Of a stretch of 64,000 nt of DNA, positions 1 to 9,078 are shown one piece after another; position 1 is the first letter of the stretch; every line of letters begins with the position of its first letter. Below the pieces are notes generated by a model. That model was not told the DNA's origin, made no database searches, and saw only the letters and a program-made list of their open reading frames with translations. Location of the stretch: positions 62,001 to 126,000 of the IMG/VR virus record IMGVR_UViG_3300043411_000921; one strand, 5' to 3'. A program made the translations under genes and the position numbers.

Positions 1-2
1 GG

Positions 3-83
3 GATGCGGTCAACACTCCAACCTGGAAACAACTCATCGAATCAAGAACTCTCGTCCGAGCATATCCAGCCAACAAACCATGA
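3..83 (+). CDS. 3' end of a gene running in from the left edge (hypothetical)
   Basis: Open frame DAVNTPTWKQLIESRTLVRAYPANKP* whose TGA overlaps the ATG at 80 (ATGA). Confidence 0.4.
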   Translation, partial: DAVNTPTWKQLIESRTLVRAYPANKP

Positions 84-661
84 AACTCTCTGAAATCCTC
101 TTTCCCAACGAAATCACATCAGCACTCAGAGACTTCTTTGAAAACAACAACAAGGAATCGCTCAGGAAGGTGTTTTCCAGGCTTCCAAAATCCCCAGACG
201 GACTCAGGGTCTATCGGGGAATGAAAGTCACAGATAAGGCGTATAGAGCCCTTAGCGACGATGTGACATTTTCAAGGGAAGAAACAGACCGAAATGGAAC
301 CGAATATAAACTCTTCAAAGGAAGGGGAATGGTTCCTGGTCCTGGAGATATTCAAAGCTGGACTACCAACCCTGGTGTCGCCATTCAATTCGCTGTTGAC
401 CCAGAAAGAAGTGGTGAAGAAGGCGGTGAGATTATCGTCGTCTTTGTTGCTGAGACGGGAAAGGGCGGAAATGATTTTGCTGGAGAACCTGGAAAGCTTG
501 CTCAGGGGACTTCAAGAGAACACGAACGGGAAGTTGTTTCTTATGGTCCTGTGGGGTTTGTTGGCTTTGCTGTGTCTATCCCGGCAGACGATGGTTTCTT
601 CGGAAGGAATCCAACACTTGTCAATGTTTCCGTGCTAAAACAGATGTTGTCACAATCCTAG
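80..661 (+). CDS. Putative mono-ADP-ribosyltransferase (R-S-E clade, Alt/Mod-like)
   Basis: Motifs in canonical order: VYRG, SWTTNPGVAIQFA, EHEREVV (ExE). Confidence 0.65.
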   Translation: MKLSEILFPNEITSALRDFFENNNKESLRKVFSRLPKSPDGLRVYRGMKVTDKAYRALSDDVTFSREETDRNGTEYKLFKGRGMVPGPGDIQSWTTNPGVAIQFAVDPERSGEEGGEIIVVFVAETGKGGNDFAGEPGKLAQGTSREHEREVVSYGPVGFVGFAVSIPADDGFFGRNPTLVNVSVLKQMLSQS

Positions 662-1234
662 TCTCTTCCCACCAACAACAACCACCCAAGCATCAGCAGC
701 ATCCTTCATCTCTGGAACAGGGATTTCTTTCCCCTTCATCTTTCCAGCTTTTGGAATGTAAGTCTTCCAAGGAAACTCAGGATGAAGTGTTTGAACAAAC
801 TCAAACACTTTGTCTTTTACAGGGCGTTTGTCCGCCTTGGTGTTTTTGAAACCAATCGCTCCACGAGCTTTGGTGACATTGACCGAAGAGACGTTTGGAG
901 TGAATTGTTTGTAACAGAGATATGAGATGAGTGCGTTGAACTTTGCAAGAGTCATAAGCACATCTGCACTGCTCAAACCACCAGCAAACATCTTTGCGTT
1001 TTCCTCCACAAACACTTTCTCTGGTTTTTTAATCCCATTCCTCAACAAATAACCACAAACTTCATCAATCACATAATCGGCCTTCTCAAACAAAGAAAGG
1101 TCTGCTGGGACTTTGATGTAGTCCAGCAGAACCAGTTCTTCTGTCTTTGAGTCGATGATGCTGATTCCAGTACAGGAAGTGGAGATGTCAAGACCAATCA
1201 AATAGGACTTTTCGCTTTCAGGAGTGTTTGTCAT
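650..1234 (-). CDS. RuvC-like Holliday junction resolvase
   Basis: LIGLDISTSCTG, VFVEE, C-terminal DAADAWVV acidic residues; ATG at 1234 preferred over the ORF-track start. Confidence 0.75.
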   Translation of the reverse strand: MTNTPESEKSYLIGLDISTSCTGISIIDSKTEELVLLDYIKVPADLSLFEKADYVIDEVCGYLLRNGIKKPEKVFVEENAKMFAGGLSSADVLMTLAKFNALISYLCYKQFTPNVSSVNVTKARGAIGFKNTKADKRPVKDKVFEFVQTLHPEFPWKTYIPKAGKMKGKEIPVPEMKDAADAWVVVVGGKRLGL

Positions 1235-2465
1235 TCTTATGTTGTAACACACTCTTCCAGGTTGATTTCAGAGATTCCTTTACAAAATGCTTGATCGTTC
1301 TTTCATTGACTTGGTTTGATGCCATGTCAAAGATTTTCTCATAGGTGAAGCCTGGATTGGCACGCAGAATTTCATTCTTCTGGTAGTAGTCAAACACACT
1401 CTTGAGACGCTCGTAAATGTCTGCGGGTGGATTTGGAAGGGTGGCGGAATCAACCTGATCCTTCAACACAGCTTCATGACCATTGGTGTAATAACTCTTG
1501 CCATTTGGAAGCTGGAGTAGGAAGTAAGCGTCATAAGCAAAACCGCTTGTTGAGGGTTTCTGAATCCTTTGAAACTTGACAGGATTCAGAAGTGCTTTCA
1601 GCTTCAAAGCTGTTGACTTGTTGTTGTATGCGTCAATCGGAGCATCAAGAACCTTGGAAAGATCAACAACATAGTCGAGGTATTCATCTTTTGGTTCTGT
1701 GCTGCCTTGCCCTTCAATCCCGGAGATTCTTTTCTCTGTTGGGGAATAAGTCGCAACGACATGAGGAGTTCCCTTGGGATCAAACAAGCTGATTATTGTT
1801 CGTTTTGGGTCAGTTCCCATAACGCCCACACTTCCACAATTTTTCATCTTCTTCCCAAGAATCTCGCACTTGTCCCCGGCATCAATCCACTTCCAGCCGT
1901 TTCCGTAAGTTTTGATCGGTGTTTTGTCAGAGAAAAGGAATTTCTCTTCGTATTTGTCACTGGCTTTTTCATAAGCCAACCTGGAATATGGAGCAAGATC
2001 GGTAAGCTTCCCGGAAACAATGTCTCTGACTAGTGGTCTTCCAAAAAACAGTTCCTTGAAAAACTCATCAGCGATGTATCCCTTTATCCTTGTCAGTTGG
2101 ATGCCGGGATCATCCTTCTCATCAAAGGAAGCAAAATCAAGTCGATCCCGAATTTCATTGTATTGCTCCAGCGAAATCCTTCCCTCGGCAAATGATTTGG
2201 TAGCATCATAAAGCCTTGCCAACACAACCGCGTTCGCCTTCTCAAAACCATGAGAAGCATTTCTCCACCAATTCTCATCTTCTGGGTTGTGTGCATTGGT
2301 TTCTTTGTACCATTTCGCAAGCAATGGTGCCTTCTTTCCAAACTTCTCATAGAAGAGCGAAGCGATGACCTCTGGGTATCCCAGCTTCATCAGCATCTGC
2401 TTTGATTCAAAAAGAATGTCTTGGGAAGGAGAAGGGGTGGAGAAAAGGAGGGAGATAAGTTTCAT
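1218..2465 (-). CDS. PcfJ-like domain protein (possible internal virion protein)
   Basis: ILGKKMKNCG...IISLFDPKGTPHVVATY...ISGIEGQGSTEP resembles the PcfJ-like C-terminal domain; start MKLISLLF at 2465 with TATTTA upstream. Confidence 0.5.
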   Translation of the reverse strand: MKLISLLFSTPSPSQDILFESKQMLMKLGYPEVIASLFYEKFGKKAPLLAKWYKETNAHNPEDENWWRNASHGFEKANAVVLARLYDATKSFAEGRISLEQYNEIRDRLDFASFDEKDDPGIQLTRIKGYIADEFFKELFFGRPLVRDIVSGKLTDLAPYSRLAYEKASDKYEEKFLFSDKTPIKTYGNGWKWIDAGDKCEILGKKMKNCGSVGVMGTDPKRTIISLFDPKGTPHVVATYSPTEKRISGIEGQGSTEPKDEYLDYVVDLSKVLDAPIDAYNNKSTALKLKALLNPVKFQRIQKPSTSGFAYDAYFLLQLPNGKSYYTNGHEAVLKDQVDSATLPNPPADIYERLKSVFDYYQKNEILRANPGFTYEKIFDMASNQVNERTIKHFVKESLKSTWKSVLQHKNDKHS

Positions 2466-2507
2466 TGGTGTTGAGCAGTAAATAACCACATAACAAGCCT
2501 TTGATCT

Positions 2508-2813
2508 TTATTCGTCTTCTGTTGAAGTTTCGACTTTCAAGAAGATTGCAGGATTCCCAGCAAAGTTAACAAAATCACCTTCTGGACCAAGTGCTGATAC
2601 CTTCACCCGTGTTGTCACTGGGCCAGTGCGGACAATGTGAGATTCTCCAGTAAGAGAGTAAAGCATCCTTGCGTCTTGTTCCGACTGAAAGGTTGAACTC
2701 AACAGAAGGAAAGATACTTTCTTTTCCCAATATTTGGAAGGACCAGAACAAAGATCGGGAAATCCATAGTCAATCTGGAAAAGAGTTCCAGGAACAAATT
2801 CATCGTGCTTCAT
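2508..2813 (-). CDS. Hypothetical protein
   Basis: 101-aa ORF, ATGA-coupled to the upstream minus-strand gene. Confidence 0.5.
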   Translation of the reverse strand: MKHDEFVPGTLFQIDYGFPDLCSGPSKYWEKKVSFLLLSSTFQSEQDARMLYSLTGESHIVRTGPVTTRVKVSALGPEGDFVNFAGNPAIFLKVETSTEDE

Positions 2814-3145
2814 TTTTGATCTCCCTGTTCCGTGTCACACACTTTAAGGCACACAACCAAGTCCATACAAGTGAAAACCTTTCCTCTGGCATTTAACCCT
2901 TTGAACCACACCAAAGGATTTGATTGATGATCCAACCCATCATCACTGACTCTGTATTCAATCAAAGACAGAAACAGGAAAGGTTCTTCGTAAGCTGGGA
3001 AGTCTCCTCTTCCCGCTGACAAAACGTTGTAGGAAGTCAAACCACCAGAAAACTTTTGGAGATATACAAGGGCACCTGGAACCAGGGTTTTGATGTTTGC
3101 TGTCTTGGCCGCAAACGCGGGGGATTTTTTTGATGTGGTTCTCAC
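2810..3145 (-). CDS. Hypothetical protein
   Basis: 111-aa ORF in the tightly packed minus-strand run. Confidence 0.5.
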   Translation of the reverse strand: MRTTSKKSPAFAAKTANIKTLVPGALVYLQKFSGGLTSYNVLSAGRGDFPAYEEPFLFLSLIEYRVSDDGLDHQSNPLVWFKGLNARGKVFTCMDLVVCLKVCDTEQGDQK

Positions 3146-3159
3146 ACCACGTTATTGTT

Positions 3160-3786
3160 TCAACTCAACTCTCGGAAATGACAGCCGTAATACTTCTCCA
3201 ACTTCCTCTTCGTTTCTGGAAGAAGGTTGGAAATCTTGTAGTCCAACATGCCAGTTTTCACAAGTGTGTCTTTGCTCAAGACAGCTTCCTCTGGATTCCA
3301 GAACTCAACACCAAACTGGTTCCTGAAAATCTCTTGAATCCTATCCGAGACATTGCAAGCAAGCAGCATTTTGTTGTTGTTTTTCTTCGTGTCCTTGGTT
3401 TTGGGCTTTCCAAACGGAACAGTCATTCGATGAGTTGGCTTTGTGACAACGAACTTGTTTTGGAAAGCCTTGAGATCGTTTTCGGTCCACTTTGCCAATG
3501 TCGATTCCAGCCAACTTGTTCCATCGGTTGTGTAGAAAACCATTGCGTCCGTACCAAAGCCCATTTGAATATACCAGGGAGAACCACGAGAAACACTCCC
3601 AAGCTCAAACATGTTTTCAATCCGATTCTTTTCAATCAACCTCTTACTGAGAAGATCAAGAGCGGATTGGTGAGAAGTGATTTGGTGGATTTCCTTGTTG
3701 GTTCCAACGACGAGGGGAATTGATTTTGCAACTGTTGTGGCTGTGCTCATGAGAGCAGGTCTAGCACCCGGCTTTTTTGGCTTCAA
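3160..3786 (-). CDS. Hypothetical protein
   Basis: 208-aa ORF tiling between neighbours; start uncertain (internal MSTATT alternative). Confidence 0.5.
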   Translation of the reverse strand: MKPKKPGARPALMSTATTVAKSIPLVVGTNKEIHQITSHQSALDLLSKRLIEKNRIENMFELGSVSRGSPWYIQMGFGTDAMVFYTTDGTSWLESTLAKWTENDLKAFQNKFVVTKPTHRMTVPFGKPKTKDTKKNNNKMLLACNVSDRIQEIFRNQFGVEFWNPEEAVLSKDTLVKTGMLDYKISNLLPETKRKLEKYYGCHFRELS

Positions 3787-4207
3787 CCAGTTTCCTAAAA
3801 CCCATCACAACGGCATCAGTCCAAACCTCAAACTCCCATCCTTTTCCTTCTTTGATGATCCAGGAACGGACAGCAGCATTTTTCAGCATGACCTTTTTGG
3901 TTGCGAGCTTGTCTTGTCTTTTGACTTCAACAATAACGGTTCTACCTGACTTATAGCGGACCAGAAAGTCTGGGTAGTAGGTGTGACCCTTACCTGCCAT
4001 CACATAAGGCACCATAAGGCTCTCATATTCATACGAGACCACTTCTGGATTATTGTCCAGAAACTCAGCGACCGTCTTCTCCCAGCCCGAACGATAATGA
4101 ATCGGCGCAGCACACTTCGGAGAGTGATGGATTCCTGTTTTGTAGTGCTTCCGTTTCCGTCTCTTCTTTGATAAAGTCGTGATTTTCTTTGTTCTCAATT
4201 TCAACAA
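3761..4207 (-). CDS. T4 gp4-like head-completion / TnsA N-terminal PD-(D/E)XK nuclease
   Basis: YRSGWE...EVVSYEYESLMVPY...YYPDFLV...IVEVK. Confidence 0.7.
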   Translation of the reverse strand: MLKLRTKKITTLSKKRRKRKHYKTGIHHSPKCAAPIHYRSGWEKTVAEFLDNNPEVVSYEYESLMVPYVMAGKGHTYYPDFLVRYKSGRTVIVEVKRQDKLATKKVMLKNAAVRSWIIKEGKGWEFEVWTDAVVMGFRKLVEAKKAGC

Positions 4208-4686
4208 TTTTTCCCCGAAAGCCGTCTGTTGGCTTTTTCGTGAATTCCTGGTGGAGAATCAACAAACTCGAACCCTTCGTCTTCATCAACCACAAATTCT
4301 CCTTCGTAGTCACCATTGTCGGTTGCATAGCGGAAGTGGAGATTTACAAACCCATTGATCACCTCCACGGAAACTCCAAGGAAGTTCACATCAACTCCTT
4401 CAATCTTCAACAACGCTCCAGCAAGACTGTTGATCTGTCCGAATAGTATTTTCAGATTTTTGACAGCTTTGAAGCGGTTTTTGGAAACTTCTCTGGAGTT
4501 TGATGCAGTGCGATCCTCGAAGTTTTCTTGGGTGGAGTTTGCTCTATCTACTGCATTCTGCAAGTTAACAAACTTTTGAAGTATCTCCGAATGTTTCGAC
4601 TGCAACAACGGTTGATTCATCCTTTTCCATGCAGCGGAAAGGAACTCTTCGCGTATAGTATCTCCGATGAACTCTCGCAGATTCAT
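4201..4686 (-). CDS. Hypothetical protein
   Basis: Probable start MNLREFIG at 4686; helical N-terminus, acidic C-terminus. Confidence 0.5.
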   Translation of the reverse strand: MNLREFIGDTIREEFLSAAWKRMNQPLLQSKHSEILQKFVNLQNAVDRANSTQENFEDRTASNSREVSKNRFKAVKNLKILFGQINSLAGALLKIEGVDVNFLGVSVEVINGFVNLHFRYATDNGDYEGEFVVDEDEGFEFVDSPPGIHEKANRRLSGKNC

Positions 4687-4793
4687 GGTTTTTGTTACTT
4701 CCAAGCGCGACACGACCACTTTTTAACAATGTCGTAATTTAGTGACATTAAACTCTTGAGATGACTCAAACAACATGTCTTCAATTTTCATGT

Positions 4794-5258
4794 TCACAAC
4801 GGCAACCTTTCGTTCCCATATCCAGATGTGAGAACAGCGTCTTTTGAAACAACAACGGGAACAATCCTGTGCTTCTCTTTGTATTGAGTCAGAATCCTTG
4901 GGTTGGGATCGGCTTGAAACCACCAAACCATTTTCCCATCGACCATCAACTTTTGAATTGGTTCACGATTGCTGATCCGAACAGACCAACCCTCTTCCTC
5001 ACATTCCCGCAAAACCGCTTCCAAAGGATCTTCACCCGGATCCAACTTTCCCCCAGGCAACCCTATTTTCCCAGCTTGTCCTCGGTCTGCTGGACGTGTT
5101 GTGGCTGCATATCCACCTGACCCCACCCTCGCTAACGCAAAAACAGCAAAGGGACTTTCTGACCCAGACTCGGGAGGTGCATCCTCCACGACTTGCTCAC
5201 CAAGATACAAAAAACGCTTTAGATTAGGCACTTGAACTCCTTCAGTAAGTATTGGCAT
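4794..5258 (-). CDS. Nudix hydrolase
   Basis: Nudix box GLPGGKLDPGEDPLEAVLRECEEEG; ATG 5258 (MPILTE) preferred because the longer ORF starts inside repeat copy 1. Confidence 0.85.
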   Translation of the reverse strand: MPILTEGVQVPNLKRFLYLGEQVVEDAPPESGSESPFAVFALARVGSGGYAATTRPADRGQAGKIGLPGGKLDPGEDPLEAVLRECEEEGWSVRISNREPIQKLMVDGKMVWWFQADPNPRILTQYKEKHRIVPVVVSKDAVLTSGYGNERLPL

Positions 5259-5278
5259 GACCCTTGTCTCATCCCTCG

Positions 5279-5317
5279 TTAGTGGAAGATAACCAGAAGA
5301 GGGATCCAAGAGAGGGA
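5279..5317 (+). repeat. Dispersed repeat, copy 1 (intergenic)
   Basis: TTAGTGGAAGATAACCAGAAGAGGGATCCAAGAGAGGGA; 31 bp identical to 20716-20746 and 36/37 to 27850-27886. Confidence 0.9.
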
Positions 5318-5393
5318 ACCCTATAAGAGAAGATGTTTTGGAACTTCAGGGGGGCCTCCCCCGGCCCGGCCAGGATAAGGTCAAAGAAAATCC

Positions 5394-5422
5394 TTGACAC
5401 AACCTTCATCTCATTGTAGGAT
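5394..5422 (+). promoter_or_regulatory. Sigma70-type promoter for the RNA ligase gene
   Basis: TTGACA (5394-5399), 17-nt spacer, TAGGAT (5417-5422), 36 nt before ATG 5459. Confidence 0.55.
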
Positions 5423-5458
5423 CCCAACACAACATCAAGGCAGCGAGATAACAAAAAC

Positions 5459-6535
5459 ATGAGTACGCACGAAGTAAAAGTGATTCGAGTTGAAGAGGTA
5501 AGGGTGCATCCGAATGCAGATGCACTTGAAATCATTCCTGTTTGGGGATACCAAGCGGTTGTTCGCAAGGGACAGTTCCAAGTTGGTGATTTGGCTGCGT
5601 TCATTGAACCAGACAACACCGTGAAGCTCTCTCGTCCCGAGTTCCAACACTTGGATAAGGGAAAGGGTCGTGAACGTCATCGTCTTACGGTCGTTCGTCT
5701 CCGTGGTGAACCCTCTTATGGACTTTTGATCAAAGCTCCAGATGGTGCCAACGAAGGAGATGATGTCATGGAACAACTGGAAGTGGAGCATTACGATCCT
5801 CCAACTTTCTTCAGTGGAACCAAGGCTGGAGTTGCAACCCAAGGCCCAGAGTATGTCGAAGCCCCAGTTTACAAACTGGAGAATTTCAGGAAGTATCATC
5901 GTCTTTTCAACCCAGAAGATGAAGTGAATGTTTCCGTGAAGATTCATGGAACCAACGCACGATTTGTTTTTGATGGTGAGAAGATGCACGCTGGGAGTCA
6001 CAAAACTTGGAAGAGGAATCCAAGTGGAGTTGAGCCTCGTCAAATCACTTACACCAACAAGGAAGGTGAAGAAGTTACAAAGGTTATTGGACCCGAGTCT
6101 TGTCTTTGGTGGGAAGCTATTCGACAGAATCCTTGGATTGAGGATTGGTGTCGAGCGCATCCCAAGGCTGTTCTTTACGGAGAGATTTATGGTCCCAATG
6201 TCCAGGGAAGCCAATTTGCCTACGGAAAGAAAAATGGCGAATATGGTTTTGCTGCCTTTGATGTGATGGAGAATGGCCGTTGGGTTTCCAATGGAGAAAT
6301 GCTGGATAATCCAGTTTACTCAGAGGGGATGAAGGAAGTTGTTCCAGTGTTGTTTCGCGGGAAGCTTTCCGAAGTGAACCTTTCGGAACTGGCAGAGGCG
6401 AAGGAGACTATGTTCCCTGGACAGGTTGTTCGTGAGGGTGTTGTCGTGAAGTTGAATCAAGCTGAGAGGTTTGATTCCAAGCACGGAAGGGTAGCCCTCA
6501 AATATGTTTCTGATGTTTACCTCTCCATGAAGTGA
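5459..6535 (+). CDS. RNA ligase, DRB0094/Rnl2-like family
   Basis: N-terminal HPNADALE...GYQAVVRKGQFQVGD; motif I KIHGTN, YGEIYG, FAAFD, EGVVVK, LKYVS. Confidence 0.9.
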   Translation: MSTHEVKVIRVEEVRVHPNADALEIIPVWGYQAVVRKGQFQVGDLAAFIEPDNTVKLSRPEFQHLDKGKGRERHRLTVVRLRGEPSYGLLIKAPDGANEGDDVMEQLEVEHYDPPTFFSGTKAGVATQGPEYVEAPVYKLENFRKYHRLFNPEDEVNVSVKIHGTNARFVFDGEKMHAGSHKTWKRNPSGVEPRQITYTNKEGEEVTKVIGPESCLWWEAIRQNPWIEDWCRAHPKAVLYGEIYGPNVQGSQFAYGKKNGEYGFAAFDVMENGRWVSNGEMLDNPVYSEGMKEVVPVLFRGKLSEVNLSELAEAKETMFPGQVVREGVVVKLNQAERFDSKHGRVALKYVSDVYLSMK

Positions 6536-6545
6536 AACAGGCAAC

Positions 6546-6881
6546 ATGAAAGAAGGAATCGGCCTGAATTTCTCCGGTAAAGTCATCAAGAATAGAGATT
6601 TTTCTACTTGTTTCCTCGTTAGAGCAAACTTCCGAAAAACCGACCTCGTTCAGGTGATTTTCAATCACGCTGATCTTCGCTTTGCTGATTTTCGAGGATC
6701 GTTTATAGGTTATGCTGACTTTAGCGATGCTGATCTTCGTGGTGCGGCCTTAGATGGCGTGTATTTGAAATATGCAATCATTCGAGATGCGAACCTCATT
6801 GGTGCATGGTATGACAAGTTCACAGATTTTCCAGAAGGATTTGATCCAAAAAAGCCGGGATGTTTTGCGCAGATTAGCTAG
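6546..6881 (+). CDS. Pentapeptide-repeat protein
   Basis: ANFRK/TDLVQ/ADLRF/ADFRG/ADFSD/ADLRG/AALDG/ANLIG repeats. Confidence 0.85.
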   Translation: MKEGIGLNFSGKVIKNRDFSTCFLVRANFRKTDLVQVIFNHADLRFADFRGSFIGYADFSDADLRGAALDGVYLKYAIIRDANLIGAWYDKFTDFPEGFDPKKPGCFAQIS

Positions 6882-7248
6882 ATTTCAGATCCTCATAGAT
6901 CACTCTGTTCTCACGTCCCCAGAACCTAACCAATTGGCCAGATTTTACATTTGCTGCGTCTTCGTATGGTTGCAAACCTTCATCATCATTTGGGAACACA
7001 ACGCCCGCTTGACCTTGTTTGCAATGAGTCAACTCATGAGCCAAGGTTCTCAAGCAATCGGCCATTGCCCTGTTCTTGATAGCAACGAAAACTGTCATCC
7101 CATAAGGATCACAATATCCAGCGGTTGGCATTCCAGTTGTTTGTCTCTCAGATAGAGTGATGGTTATTTTTCCACGCAGCCCAAGTTCTTTGGCACAATG
7201 TTGAATGAACCGTTTGATGATTTCCAGGTTTTCTTTGGTGAGTTTCAT
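6874..7248 (-). CDS. HExxH zinc-metallopeptidase-like protein
   Basis: LRTLAHELTH...YEDAAN; start MKLTKENLE at 7248 with TAGTTA upstream. Confidence 0.6.
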   Translation of the reverse strand: MKLTKENLEIIKRFIQHCAKELGLRGKITITLSERQTTGMPTAGYCDPYGMTVFVAIKNRAMADCLRTLAHELTHCKQGQAGVVFPNDDEGLQPYEDAANVKSGQLVRFWGRENRVIYEDLKSS

Positions 7249-7302
7249 GGAGCAAGTGGAAATAACTAGAACAAGGGATTCTGCTGGGGTAGGCTTGAAC
7301 TC

Positions 7303-8313
7303 ATGGCATATATTCATCCGACCCCTTCATACGAATATTCTGACGTTTTCATCGTCCCCAACCATTCCACTGTAACCTCCAGGAAACAAGTCAACACTGA
7401 GGTTCAACTGGCAAGTCCAAACAGTGATCTCTCCCTTTCCATTATGGTTCCAGTTGTTTCGGCAAACATGGACACTGTGACAGGATCAAAGATGGCAATT
7501 GCTTTGTGGGAAGCCGGAGCAATTGGCGCACTTCACCGATTCAATTCAATTCCAGAAGCCGTTGAAGACTTCTTAGAAGTCCAGCGTGCTCAAGCAAACT
7601 GTTTTGTTTCTTTGGGTGTGAATTCAAACTGGCAAGAGAGAGCTTCTGCACTTTATGAAGCAGGAGCAAGGTTTTTCATTGTGGACATTGCTCATGGGCA
7701 TAGTTCAATGATGGAAAACACTGTCAAGTGGGTTAGAAACCGCTTTGGGCGAGATATTTTCATTGTTGCTGGGAACATTGGGACTTCTTGGGCTGTTGAC
7801 TCTATGAAAGATTGGAAGGTTGATGCGGTTAAGGTTGGGATTGGAGGCGGGAAGGTTTGCTTGACAAAGAATGTGACTGGAGTTGTTACTCCAATGTTTA
7901 CAACAGTGTTGGAGTGTTCTCAACGTGCTAGTAAATGGGGAATCCCAGTGATTGCAGATGGTGGAGCAAGGGAATATGGAGATGTTGCAAAAGCAATTGG
8001 TGCTGGAGCAACTGCTGTGATGTCTGGATACTTTTTTGCTGGATGTCCAGAATCTCCTTGTGTTGGTGGAACAACTGAGAAAGGCGAAGTGATTTATCGT
8101 GGTATGGCAAGCAGTGAAGCGGCAGTCAAAGTTCGGAGTGTTGACACACTTCCAACACCGGAAGGCGAGAGTATTTTCGTTCCCAAAAAGCCTTCAGCAA
8201 AAGAAGTTGTGGAGCTTCTCAAGGGTGGTTTGCAATCAGCGTACTCCTACGTCGGCGCAACATCCACTCATGAATTCCGAGAAAACATCTCGTTTGGTAT
8301 CCGTGGAAGGTAA
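7303..8313 (+). CDS. IMP dehydrogenase / GMP reductase family, no CBS domains
   Basis: [31 protein letters not shown] (catalytic Cys), IADGG, YRGMAS, PEG. Confidence 0.9.
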   Translation: MAYIHPTPSYEYSDVFIVPNHSTVTSRKQVNTEVQLASPNSDLSLSIMVPVVSANMDTVTGSKMAIALWEAGAIGALHRFNSIPEAVEDFLEVQRAQANCFVSLGVNSNWQERASALYEAGARFFIVDIAHGHSSMMENTVKWVRNRFGRDIFIVAGNIGTSWAVDSMKDWKVDAVKVGIGGGKVCLTKNVTGVVTPMFTTVLECSQRASKWGIPVIADGGAREYGDVAKAIGAGATAVMSGYFFAGCPESPCVGGTTEKGEVIYRGMASSEAAVKVRSVDTLPTPEGESIFVPKKPSAKEVVELLKGGLQSAYSYVGATSTHEFRENISFGIRGR

Positions 8314-8317
8314 CACT

Positions 8318-9055
8318 ATGACAAAACAACCAAAAACAAATCATCCCCTGAAAGCACGTCTTTTCATTGGTGGACTCAAATCCCTCTTCGGAGACATGCA
8401 CGACATGCTTGAAGAAGTCGAAAAGACTGGGCAAATGTCGAGAGATATGATTACCAGCCTTACCGATGTTCACGAAGCAATTGATCTTGCTGTTGATGAA
8501 CTCAAGAAGGTTATGTCTCCTTGTTGCGATCATAGTCCAGACGCACATCAGTGTGATGACACTTGCAACGACGAAACAACAACTGTTCCGTACACGGGGA
8601 AAGTGGTTGGGGTGGAAGGTTCGCCAACACAGTCGCCAGGAGGCCCAGAAGCTTTTGTAATCGACGAGGATGAAGAGGATGACCAGGAACCCGTCGAAGA
8701 AATTCAAGGGCAAGGAAAAGCCTCCTGGAGCGTTTGTGATGTGTGTGGATGTGACGGTTGTTGCGAACCGGACGAGCAACGTGGATGCGACGTTTGCGGG
8801 TGCGGCTGTTTTGTGGAAGAAGATGCCACATTCACACCTTCTCTGAAAGGACCATCCCCAAGCGATTTCTCTTCAATAGTAATGGATCCAGAAGATATTC
8901 CTTATGATTCTAAGAGACACTTGAGAGTTATTCGTCACAACACTCCGAGTGGAACCTTTCCCACCGAAGAAGACCTTGATTGCAAGCAAGATGTTTCCGA
9001 AGTTCCTACAACTGACAAGAAACAGCCGAAGAAAAAGTCGAAGACAAAGAAGTAG
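8318..9055 (+). CDS. Acidic, Cys-rich hypothetical protein
   Basis: Start MTKQPK at 8318 just after the IMPDH stop; CDVCGC twice, D/E tract, basic tail. Confidence 0.55.
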   Translation: MTKQPKTNHPLKARLFIGGLKSLFGDMHDMLEEVEKTGQMSRDMITSLTDVHEAIDLAVDELKKVMSPCCDHSPDAHQCDDTCNDETTTVPYTGKVVGVEGSPTQSPGGPEAFVIDEDEEDDQEPVEEIQGQGKASWSVCDVCGCDGCCEPDEQRGCDVCGCGCFVEEDATFTPSLKGPSPSDFSSIVMDPEDIPYDSKRHLRVIRHNTPSGTFPTEEDLDCKQDVSEVPTTDKKQPKKKSKTKK

Positions 9056-9078
9056 TGTTGGTGTATGGTGCTCTTAGC

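Noticed and set aside
3761-4207. Tn7-like transposon suggested by TnsA-type domains (also 50661-51788)
   Set aside because: No TnsB/C/D genes or transposon ends visible; these domains are expected as gp4-like and homing nucleases in large phages.
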